Assembly: GCF_030028105.1 (NCBI RefSeq)
Contig: NC_092370.1
Location: 201,172,005-201,236,004 of the forward strand
Reading direction: 5' to 3'
Length of the DNA: 64,000 bases
Origin: Mobula birostris
Taxonomy: Eukaryota
Under the pieces are notes generated by a model that was given only the letters and a program-made list of their open reading frames with translations, was not told where the DNA came from and made no database searches. The translations under genes were made by a program, and so were the position numbers. Positions within the stretch are counted from its first letter, which is position 1, and the number at the start of each line of letters is the position of its first letter. Below are positions 1 to 10,963 of this stretch, piece by piece.

Positions 1-1654
1 CCATCCATTGCACATTAATCCAGGAAAATCTCCACATGGAAGTGTGTAGCACTAGTATACACAAAGTTGATTTGTGTAGTCTGCAACAACCAACATTTCT
101 TTCTGAATAACTTGCCTTTTGCAAACACAAAACAAGTGTCTTCACTTTTTCTAACTCAAGACATCAAAGTAGTTCACTGTGTGCGAAGTGCTTCAAGATG
201 TTTCAGTAGGGTGCTGTATAAATGCAATCATAGTATCCATTGAGATAAATAGAAAATAATCTCTTATCTGTTTCAGTAAACAGCATAATGTCATGACTAT
301 GCCAGCGGCACATTCCAGGCAGCAGGAGTTGCTCCCTGTGCAGTTCAAACAATCTTTTTGATGTTGGCTACACAAATTCAACAATTCTGTTTTCAATCAG
401 TCTGTTCCTCATCTTCTTAATAATACACACAATTGAATATTATAATATTAAATCATTTTTTATCATTAGAAGCAACATTGGAATGGGATACCTTACTAGA
501 CCAAGTTCAACAAAGCTAGCCATGTTTCTCTTTCATTAAAACACGCCACAATGTTCCAACTATTTACAGCCAAGATATGAAACAAGTGTAGTTTAATTTA
601 TATACAGTAGCCTGACTATGAAAATATGTCATTTTGTTTGATTTCACAACAAAAATATATCAGTGGAGATATAATGTGGATACATGATGGCACTTTTTCA
701 GAAGAATATTCAAGAGAAGATCACTGGAAATTACTTGAAATACAGGAAGTTAGGGTAATGTTTCCGCTAAGAATCCATCCTGTCTAATTTGTTTTTCAGA
801 CTGAAGCTGAAGATAGAGTTAAAAGACTGCAAACATCTGGAGAAGGATCATTACTAGTAATCGTGAGCCTCTCTGTTAATGCACCCCATGAGAAAGAAGC
901 CAACAGCCTGCATATTTCTGCAAACTGCTCCCAGAAAGAACCAATTTCCTGACTTCCATGTGGTGTCAATAACAGAGGCATGAGATGGAGTTGTCCATAT
1001 GAAATATTAAATCTACTCGCAGGACCAGAATGAGCAAATTCAGACCACCTGTGAGAAGAAGGTTTGTGGTAGGTATAGTATTTAAAACAGTGAAACACGT
1101 GCTACCTTGAATGATGTGACCGAGTCAAAATCTCTTAGCTTAATCTACCAACAATTTGACTAAAGCAAAAAAAAAATCATTATGCTGCAAATTTCATTGT
1201 AGCTGCAAGGGGTGATATTTTGGGAACTTGGTGTGATATGTGGCCAAAGGTCTTGTTATTAATCAACAGAATGAATTTGTACTTCATTGCATTTGAATTA
1301 GATCATTCAAGATAATGCCAAAAAAAACCAAAGGAATTGTGTCTTAACGTTTTAAAAGATTGAATCAATTCATTTATTGATATTGGAACCAGTAAGCTTA
1401 ACAATTGAGTGCACTATAATGCAAGATACTAGCAACAGTTCTGTCCCAAAATTATTAAAAGCTCCCCAAATGAGCACTTCATTAGTGTTATGGTAGATGT
1501 TATCTGATTTACATATCTTGGCTTTGTCTATATACACTGTTATGACATTTAATAGAATCAGCTATCTGGATTGGTGGTTAAAATTTGATATTAAATTATC
1601 TTAATATATTTATGAATGCATGCAAATTTGAATATCATTAAAGTAAACAGACAA

Positions 1655-1800
1655 CTATGACATTGCTGTTTGTGGGAACTCACTGTGCATAGATTGGGCT
1701 CTGTATTTTCTACTGAACAATCACTACACATTGAAAGTAAAGTGTTTTGAGACATCTAGAGGTCATAGAGGGGACCATAAAAATATAAGCCTTCTTTTTT
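1655..1800 (+). mobile_element. DeuSINE-like (SacSINE1/AmnSINE1/SINE3-type) Deu domain plus 3' tail, decayed
   Basis: cattgctgtttgtgggaactcactgtgcatagattgg...gtgttttgagacatctagaggtcatag...tataagccttc resembles the remembered Deu-domain/tail consensus. Confidence 0.6.
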
Positions 1801-1949
1801 GAAATTATGTAGATATTAACTTGCATAGAAGTAGTTCCTTGTAATGTTGAAGTGCAATTTAAGTTGCCTTACATGAGATATTACAACAGATAAGCAATCA
1901 TCTTTTCAAAGAGATTTTGAGAGGTTTCTTATTTTTTAGAATATGGGTG

Positions 1950-2250
1950 CATGTGGAATTGAAAGCTTTTATTGCCTATCCCAAAATGACCATGAGCAGA
2001 GTGAAACATGGTGCCGGGCACTGAGATGCTTATAGGCCTAACAGGGTAAGGACAGAGATATCTTTTCCTGCTGGAGTGAATTAGATGTGTTTTTATGACA
2101 TTCCAGTACATACCGGTTCCTTATTACTAAGATTAGCTACTTCTCTTTTTAGATTCCAGATTCTTATTTAAATCTCTTAGACTGTTAATCTCTGGATCAT
2201 TAGGCCAGAGTTTTGCAGTATTCTGAAATTTAATCACCAGACCATTATAA
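1950..2250 (-). mobile_element. Old SINE-like dispersed repeat fragment
   Basis: tttattgcctatccc...gggtaaggac...ttccagattcttattt pattern; a related fragment lies in opposite orientation at ~60310-60620. Confidence 0.4.
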
Positions 2251-3159
2251 AGAAAGGCACAGGGATTAGGCCAGAGAGTTGTTATGATGGAGATTAGAAA
2301 GAGGTGATAATCAGGGGAGCATGGAGATCTCAGACAAGGACTTGAGAGTATACAGGGTCAGCAGAAGAGAGGCCCAAGGGATGAGGATTTTTCAGGCCAG
2401 GCAGTAATGTAATTCAATGGTGATCACTGAACAGGCATTGCAAGGGAAAGGATTTAGTTGAAATGTATGCCAGATGAAAAAGGGAGGTTAGTCAGGACAG
2501 CATTTAGTATGTTGGTTATAGAATTTTCCAAGAACAGAAGGAATCAAAATTATCATAAAGGGTGAATGCTGAACACTCTCCTCCAGTAGATGAAGTAGCA
2601 AGGGTAAAATGGTTCTGCTAACCAGTTAATTTCTTTATAAAACAAATGTTAGTCTCGACCTGCCCAACCACTGAGATGAAACAAGAGATACACCAGTTAT
2701 TACAATCGTGCTAAGTAATTGAAGAAAAGTAAGGTACATTGTCAAACTATAACAAAGGAGCATTTTTATTGAAAAAAACAGGTGCATCGCGACATGTTAA
2801 CATTTTTATTTCACAGTGGTTGTGCAATTGATGTGAAGTTGATGCACTTGACAGAAAGTTGGTGTTTTATGGCAGCAATCCAGAAATAATGGCATTTTTG
2901 CTTTGAAGCTTCAATCAGCAGGAGTACAAACCTTGCCAAGTAAGAGGAACTAACTCTACTTACATTAACACTTGTATTCTGTTGAAGGCTTACTGCCAAA
3001 CTCTACAAAGCTAGATCAGAAACTACTACAGAGATTTCTTAGAACAATTAAATGACGAAGCATAAGTGAAACTATAGCACAGGATGAGTATAGAAGTAAT
3101 TTAAGCATAGCTAATTGTATATTGAAATATTGAAAAAATTTAATTTGTCCTGTCTTTAT

Positions 3160-4378
3160 CCTATAGCTCAGTATTCAATATTATCATCTGCTCAAAACTA
3201 ATCAAGACCTCATCCTCAATACTTCCTTGTGCAAATGGATCCTCGATTTCCTCACTTGCAGGCCCCAGTCAGTTCAGATTGGCAACACAATCACCTCCAC
3301 ATCACCATCACCACAGGTGCAACACAAGGCTGTGTGCTTAGTCCCCTGCTCTACTCACTTCACACTTATGTCTGTGTGGCTAAGCACAGTTCCAATGCCG
3401 TATTCAAGTTTGCAGATAACACCACTGTCACTGGCCAAATCAAAGGGGGTGACGAATCAGCATATAGGAGGGATATTGAATATCTGGATGAGTGGTGCCA
3501 CAACAACAACCCTTTATTCAATGGCAGCTGATTATTGACTTCAGAAGGAGGGGACCAGAGGTCCATGAGCTGGTCCTTGTCAGAAGATCAGAGGTGGAGA
3601 CGGTAAGCAACTTTAAATTCTTCATTGTTATTATTTCAGAGGACCCGTCCTGGGCTCAGCACGTAAGTGTAATTATGAAGAAAGCACGGCAGTGCCTTTA
3701 CTTCCTTAGGAGTTTATGAAGATTCCGCATGACATCTAACACTTTGGTAAACTTCTATAGATTTGTGGTGGAGAGTATATTGACTGGCTGTATCACAGCC
3801 TGGTATGGAAACACCAATGCCCTTGAACAGAAAATTGTACGAAAAGTAATGGATACAGCCTAGTATATCCTCACCATTGAGCACGCCTACATGGAATGTT
3901 GGCGCAGGAAAGCAGCATCCATCATCAGGGATCCCACCACCCAGGTCATGCTCTCTTCTCACTGCTTCCATCAGGAAGAAGGTACAGGAGCCTCAAGGCT
4001 CACACCACCAAGATCAGGAAGAGTTATTACCTCTCAACCATCAGGCTCTTGAACCAAAGGGGAAAACTTCACTCAATTTCAGTTGTCCCATCATTAAAAT
4101 GTTCCCACAACCCATGGATTCACTTTCAAGGACTCTTCATCTCATGTTCTCAATATTTATTTATTTACTTGTTTGTTTGTTTGTTTATTACTTCTTTCTT
4201 TTTGTATTTGCAGTTTGTTGTCTTTTGAACACCGGTTGAATGCCCAAGTTGATGCAGTCTTTCATTGATTCTAATACGATTCTATTATGATTTGTTAAGC
4301 ATGCCCGCAGGAAAATGAATCTCATGGTTGTGTATGAAGATATATATGTAATTTGGTAATTAATTTACTTTGAACTTA
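3160..4378 (+). mobile_element. Rex1/Babar LINE, 5'-truncated RT fragment with 3' UTR
   Basis: [18 protein letters not shown]...[39 protein letters not shown]; tail taatttactttgaactt; frameshifted. Confidence 0.9.
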
Positions 4379-4974
4379 ATTATTTACTTTTCTACAAAGA
4401 CAACTTGATGGCAGTTTTTTTTCTGTTTTTACTTTGGCAATGGCATTAAACTCACTTGGCATTGGTTAACTCAAATAATGAAGGTAGAAGAGCAGAAATA
4501 TTACAGGAAACCTGGTCTCTGCCTAAATCCATCTGGGATTCTGGTTCAATGACTAAGAGATATTCACAGCAGACTCTGTACGTACTCTACATTGATCCAG
4601 TTTGTATTCAATCTGACCAACAGAAACCTTTCTCTGACCGTCATAATCATTTTTTAAACATTAACCCTTTGGAATTTGTAATATAATTTCAGAAGAGTTG
4701 CAACTTTGCAAAAATATTGTAAATCCACATCCACTATTAGATTTTTGCTAAAGGTTTCTAACCGACTACAGTATATGTATGGTTTAATATATGGGGGAAA
4801 CTCTGTGCTTGTTTATAAATCTGAATTGGTTTAGCTAGTAAATCAGTTCAGTCTATCACCTTTTTCACATTTATGTGAAAATGAAATGCAAGCATTTAAA
4901 TTTCTAAACTATCTCAGATGGGATATTCTACTTAAGTACATATTTATCCTGAGCTGTAATTTCACTTATGATTC

Positions 4975-5454
4975 ATCATTAAATCATCTGGATCAAAGAT
5001 GATTTGCTCTCACTCTGGTCTTGTGGGCTCCATGGTGGTTGATGAGGCCAAAGTGGGAACGAGGGTCTCTTCCACAGATGAAGCAGGTGGTGCCTGATGG
5101 GGTGGGTGTCTTGCAGTTTATAAAGTGGTCCACTCCTTCTGCCACTTATGCAGGCTTTCTGCGCGCTTTTGACGCGTAGCCTCAAGGTTCTCGATACTAT
5201 CCTGAATGTTTCTTCTCTACTTTGAGATTCCCAAAAGTTGGTGGGAATGTTGCATTTCTTCCAGAAAACTTTGAACGCATTAAGCAAACTTTTGTTTTGT
5301 CTTCCTGGTAACCTTTTCCCATGACAAAGCTCAGAATAGAGTGAGGCCGGTTATGATCTGCCCAGTGGAGCTGACTGAGTGTAACAAGAGCCTCAGCACT
5401 GGGTATATTGGCATGGAGGAGAGCACTGAAGTTAGTTCCCTTTTTCTCCAGGTA
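4975..5454 (-). mobile_element. RTE-clade LINE 3' fragment (resumes ~6015-6075 after an insertion)
   Basis: Degenerate RT C-terminus on minus strand (ANIPSAEALVTLSQLHWADH; KKCNIPTNFWES). Confidence 0.6.
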
Positions 5455-6016
5455 CAAGGCCGGTGCCCCCGACTGAGGCGTCGCTGGAGATCACAGACCA
5501 TCGAGAGCAGCGGGTTAGCTGCCGTGGACTATGTGTCCAGAGACCTGAGCCTTGGGGTCGACTCTCTGGGCACAGAGCTTGGAAAAAGCGACACAACAGA
5601 CTTTTAACATCATAAATCAGCGAGTTGTTTGTTATGTCTCCACTCTCGCTGTGAAACAGGGACACCTTTCTCCTCTTATTAGGGAGAGAGAGAGCCTGTG
5701 GTATGTTAAATTACCGGGTGAACAAGCAGTCTTTAGGGTATTGCAAGCGTATGTCTTTGCTGCACGCTTGAGTGCTCGGTGGAGGGCATTGGTGCTTATT
5801 TGCTGGTGGGGGAGGGAGGGGGGTCATTGCCTTGCTGCAGCTTGTGCATGGGAGGGGGGAGCTGGGTTGGCTTTGGGGTTCTCACATTTAACTGTCATTC
5901 ATTCTTTGGGGCACCCCTCTGTTTTTGTAGATGTTTACAAAGAAAAAGAATTTCAGGATGTATATTGTATACATTTCTCTGACATTAATTGTGCCTATTG
6001 AAGCCTACCTATTGAA
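5455..6016 (+). mobile_element. Non-coding SINE-like element with Rex1-like 3' tail, copy 1
   Basis: Clear homology to 57589-58236 (aatcagcgagttgtttgttatgtctcc...gggacacct; aagaatttcaggatgtatattg.atacatttctctga); tail repeat ctattgaa. Confidence 0.7.
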
Positions 6017-6289
6017 TATTGGAATATCCTGAGGTCATAAAATGTCCGGCAGGAATATCAACTCTTCCTCTCCTAAAATAAAACAGAAACATGTCTAATT
6101 ATGATAAATTCACATTACACTTGAAATAACTGTCCAATTTATGTCTATGATCAATCATTCTTAGGTTAATTTAACCACCCCTAAATGGTTAAATCACGTC
6201 TATGGAGTTTTTCACCAGCCCTGGTTTGTTCACGGACTGGTGATATATAGATCTATTGAAACATGAAATATTGAAATATATTGATGACG

Positions 6290-6570
6290 CTGGGTGGTAG
6301 CCTGCATGGACAAGTCTCACATAGGAAGTTGACCGGAAAGGTTGGAGACCATGGGATACAAGATATTTTGGCAAAGTGGATTTAGAATTGGCTTGGTGAT
6401 AGGACACAGGGTGATGGTGGAGAGTTGTTTCTTGTCATTGCAAGCTTGTGACCATTAGTGTGGCACAGGGATCTGTGTTGGAACTCTTACTGTAATATAG
6501 ACTAATGATTTTGATATGAATGTAGAAGATTTGATTAGTAAGTTCACAGATGACAGGAAACTTGGTAAAT
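6290..6570 (+). mobile_element. CR1 LINE RT fragment
   Basis: agtgtggcacagggatctgtgttgg (GVxQGSVL) and aagttcacagatgacagg (KFxDD). Confidence 0.75.
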
Positions 6571-7380
6571 TTGTTTATTATTATCACATGTACCAAAGTA
6601 CAATGAATTTTTTTTACATGCCATCGATACAGATAATTTAATTACATCAGTATGTCAAGGCAGGAGAAGGGAAAAGCAATAACAGAATATAGATTATAAC
6701 GTTACAGCTACAGAGAAAGTATGGTGCAGGCAGACAATAAAGTGCAAGGTCATGAGTCCATCCTTTTGTAAAAGAGGTTCATTAAATAGCCTTATAATAA
6801 CAGGATAAAGGCAGTCCTTCAGCCTGGTGGTACATTATTTCAGATATTTGTATCTTCTGCCTGATGTGGGGGTGTGGGGGGGGGGGCGAGGAGAGAGAAT
6901 GTCCCAGATGGATGGAGACTTTGATTATGTTGAATGCTTTACCAAGGAAGATGGAGAGGTGGCTGGTTTTCATGATGTTCTAAGCTGTGCACAACTCTCT
7001 GCAGTTTATTGTGGTCTTAAGCAGACCCATGATGCATCCGGATTGGATGCTTGCTATGGTGCAAGCCAATAGGGTACACCATATTTCCTTAGCCTCCAGT
7101 GGAAGTAGAGGTACTGGTGCACTTTCTTACCCATAGCATTTATGTTGTGGGACTAGGATGGGATATTGGTGACATCTACATCTCGGAACCTGAAACTCTC
7201 AACCATTTCTACCTCAGCACCATTGATGTAAACAAGAGGATGTACACAGCTCTAGTATCTAAAGTCAATAGTTAACTCTTTTGGGTCAGCTGACATCGAG
7301 GGAAAGGTTATTGTCATGACAACACGTTAGTCAGTTCTCCATATCCTTTCTGTATTGCAACTCATCGTGATTTGAGATTT
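6570..7380 (-). mobile_element. Rex1/Babar LINE 3' fragment
   Basis: Reverse complement of the Rex1 3' region also seen at 27330-27920 (ttattatcacatgtac tail; ggaagtagaggtactggtg). Confidence 0.7.
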
Positions 7381-8090
7381 GTTATGAGATTTTTGAAATT
7401 CGATGTGTTGTTGACAATGAGAGGATTGTCATGGGCCACAGAATAAAACATAGACTTATCAAGTTTGGCCCATCGTCCATTCCAAGAAAGATGCCTGCTT
7501 AAGCTACTCAAATTTCTCTGCATTTGCCCCATATCCCTTTAATCCTTTCTTCTCTATCTACCTGACCAAATGTCTTTTAAACATTATAACTGTACCTACT
7601 TCCACCAGCTCTTCTGGTGGGTCATTTCATATTACCCACCCTCTGTGCAACGTCTGCCCCTTGGATTCCCTTTAAGTCTTTCCACTCTCACCTTAAGCCA
7701 AATCTCTCTTGTCTTAGGCCTCTATCCTAGGAAAAAGACTGAGATACCTATCATAAGAAATAGGAGCATAGTATCATAACTAGGCCTCTCAGCTTCCTTC
7801 TCTGCAGGGGTAACAGTTCCAGCATACCAGATCTCTGCTTATAACCCACACACTCCTGCCTGAACAACACCATTGTGTATCTTCTCTGCACTCCTTATCT
7901 TAATAATACCTTTCTTCTCATGTGGGGACTAGATATGTGCATAATACTCCATTCAACCTAAACAAAGTTATATACTACTGTATCATGACGTTCCAACTAT
8001 GGCCAATGAAGGAAAGCACACCGTAACCCTTATTTACCATCCTGTCCACATGTGTTGCCATGCTCAGAAAACTGTATTCTTTTACCGTTA

Positions 8091-8370
8091 CACACATCAA
8101 AGTTGCTGGTGAACGCAGCAGGCCAGGCAGAATCTCTAGGAAGAGGTGCAGTCAACATTTCAGGCCAAGACCCTTCATCCTTTGGAGACCCTTTGGAGCT
8201 CCAACTTTCAAATCTCTTACTCACCCTTCCTTCAGTTAGTCCTGACGAAGGGTCTCGGCCTGAAACGTCGACTGCACCTCTTCCTAGAGATGCTGCCTGG
8301 CCTGCTGCGTTCACCAGCAACTTTGATGTGTGTTGCTTGAATTCCCAGCATCTGCAGAATTCCTGTTGTT
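8091..8370. mobile_element. Penelope-like element terminal remnant with inverted arms
   Basis: 8091-8180 is the inverted complement of ~8245-8332; 14-bp TSD ttcttttaccgtta at 8077-8090 and 8371-8384. Confidence 0.8.
8238..8273 (+). ncRNA. Minimal type I hammerhead ribozyme motif (Penelope-associated)
   Basis: AGTC-CTGACGA-AGGGTCTCGGCCT-GAAAC-GTC-GACT: intact core CUGAnGA/GAAA, GUC cleavage triplet, stem I agtc/gact, palindromic ACGT stem III. Confidence 0.75.
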
Positions 8371-10279
8371 TTCTTTTACCGTTAGATCCTTCTATTGCAC
8401 AAACCCCCCCCCCCCCCTCCGCCCCAGTGCCCTGCCATTGACTGTGTATGTTGTGGTTTGGTTTGACTTCCCAAAATGCAATAGTTTACACTCGTCTAAG
8501 GTAAATTCCATCTGTCATTTCTTTGCCCACTTTTCCAGTTGTTCAATACCCTGTCGTAACTTGGAGCAACTCTATTCACTGTTCATTATGCCATCGGTTT
8601 TTGTGTCATCTGTAAACTTACTAATCTTTCCACATACATTCTCATCTCAACCATCTCAATGTTGCTAAGATGGGCAGTGAAGCAGCTGAATTTAATTCGG
8701 GTTGTTTGGTGTGAGGTGATGCACTCTGGGAGATCTACTAAGAGTAGACTATGCACAATGTCAGAGCCAAAGGGAATATTGAGGATAAAAGGAACCTTGG
8801 TTTACAGGAGCAGAGATCCCATAAGAGGAGAAAGAGTAGTAAAAAACCCCATGAGTAGAAAATGTAATAAGGAAAACAAATAGGACACAAGCTTTCATTA
8901 GCCAAGCAGAGCAGAGCGCAGAGGTTATGGTACAACATCAGTCAGGCCACAGCAGGAGTCCTATACACAGTTCTGGTTGACAATTTATAGGAGGACGTGA
9001 TTGTACTGGATTGGGTGCAGAGGAGATTCATTGGAATGGATTGTTTCGGTTTAACGAGAGATTGGATGAGCCTGCTTTTAATCCCCTTGCAGCAGATGAA
9101 TTTGCAGGGAAATCTGTCCGTGGTATGCAAAATTATAAAAGAAACAAATAACGTAGATAGTAGGAAACTTTCCCAGAATAGGGATGTCTAAAGTTAGGTT
9201 AAGGGTAATGGATAAGAGATACTGAGGGAATCTCAAGTGAAAATTTTAGCCAGGGATGGAACCTGGACTGCATTGTCTGTTTCTGGATTTCAGTTCAGCA
9301 TTCAATACTATTGCCCCAGAAACCTTGGTTATCAAACTGTTGCTCCTTGGTCCAAGTACATCACTGTGCAACAGGGTGTTGGACTTCCTAATGAACAGAC
9401 CTGAGATAGTCAGGATGCACAACCGGTTCTCCCTCCTCATCATCCTCAACATGGGTGCCCCCCAGAGCTGTGTGCTGAGCCCACTGCCATACAGTCCGCT
9501 GGCACATGACTGCACGGCCAAACGTCCGAGTAATCATGTTGTATAGTTTGCTGATGACTCGACAGTGGTGGGGCTCATCACCTGTGACAATGAAACAGCC
9601 CACAGAAAAGAGGTGAGAGAGCTCGAGGCCTGCTGACAAGCAAGTAACCTTTTCCTCAATATGAACAGGACAAAGGAGATGGTTATTGACTGCAGGAGAA
9701 CTCGCACCCCTCACACCCGTTTTACATCGGTGGCACAGCAGTTGAAACTGCTGGCAGTTTCAATCTCTGGGTGTGTATATTTCACATAACATGTTATGGT
9801 CCCAGAAAATATCCTGCACAGTCAGGAAAGCTCACCAACATGTCTGTTTCCTGAGGAGGCTGAAGAGAGCTGGACAATGCTCATCTGTACTCACATCCTT
9901 CTACATATGTGCAGTAGAGAGCATCCTATCAAATCACATCACTGCATGCTATGGAAACTGCACTGCAGTGACGAGAAGGCTCTATAAACGGGTAGTCAAA
10001 ACTGTCCAACACATCACCGGCATCAGCCTACACACCAGCAAGGACATACAGTGTATACAGAAAGGTGTCAGTAAAGGGTAACATAATCAGGTAGTTCAAC
10101 CAGCTGGAACCCACTCACCTTGCTCATGGACTGTCTGTCCCACTCCCATCAGGGAGGAGGCTTTGAAGCATCCACGCTAGAAGCGCCGGAACAGTAAATT
10201 CCCCAAGCAGTAAGGCTGAGCAAACTTCCACCCACTAACCCACCCCTCCACGCCCCCAAACCACCACTACATTATCACT

Positions 10280-10495
10280 AACAACAGGAATTCTGCAGAT
10301 GCTGGAAATTCAAGCAACACACATCAAAGTTGCTGGTGAACGCTAGGAAGAGGTACAGTCGACGTTTCAGGCTAAGACCCTTCGTCAGGACTAACTGAAG
10401 GAAGAGTTAGTAAGAGATTTGAAAGTTGGAGGGGGAGGGGGAGATCCAAAATGATAGGAGAAGACAGGAGGGGGAGGGATGGAGCCAAGAGCTGG
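10280..10495 (-). mobile_element. Penelope-like terminal fragment
   Basis: Near-identical to the reverse complement of 8198-8370; TSD actac(a/t)ttatcact at 10266-10279 and 10496-10509. Confidence 0.8.
10357..10392 (-). ncRNA. Minimal hammerhead ribozyme motif (Penelope-associated)
   Basis: Minus strand reads agtc-ctgacga-agggtcttagcct-gaaac-gtc-gact. Confidence 0.7.
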
Positions 10496-10550
10496 ACTAC
10501 TTTATCACTTCCTGTCAGTCACCTTATGTACAGACACTCCTGCGCCTAGC

Positions 10551-10963
10551 GTCGTCGTCGTGGCTATCCCTCGAGGTCGAGGATGATGGTCTTCATTCTG
10601 AAGTAGTGGCCCATAGAGCAAAGACACCTGTGCATGTATTTGTTTAACGTGTACTTGATGTTGCACTCCAAGAAGCACACGATACTTCACAAATCAACCA
10701 ACTGATTCCAATGGCATGGAAACCATGATGATTGGAGCTGATGGATTTGTTGCAGCCTTCATCCACCATTGAGTTCGAAGTAACTTCGTCCGCCTGTTCC
10801 ACCGTTGAGGTCTTGGTTGGATTGTTCTTTGTCAGGGACCTCACCCTCGACCTTACTGCCGTGGGTGACCCTACCAGGAGCATAGATCCAGACGGCATCA
10901 CTCTCAGGATCACAGGACCACACAACCTTCTCCACCACGACAAGGTGACAATCCACGGAAAAG
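10551..10963 (-). mobile_element. Non-autonomous bipartite RTE-derived retroelement
   Basis: 12-bp TSD cctgcgcctagc (10539-10550, 10964-10975); 5' end tcaccttgtcgtggtggag...cctggtagggtcaccc resembles Rex3/Expander (RTE) 5' UTR; (GAC)3 tail. Confidence 0.75.

Larger units (their letters stand above)
7440..8600 (-). mobile_element. Decayed CR1 LINE 3' fragment interrupted by a Penelope remnant
   Basis: CR1 3' UTR and RT remnants (ccaaaatgcaa...aaattccatctgtca) on both sides of the 8091-8370 insertion. Confidence 0.65.

Noticed and set aside
193-1098. Short ORFs 193-396 and 796-1098
   Set aside because: No recognisable domain; lengths expected by chance
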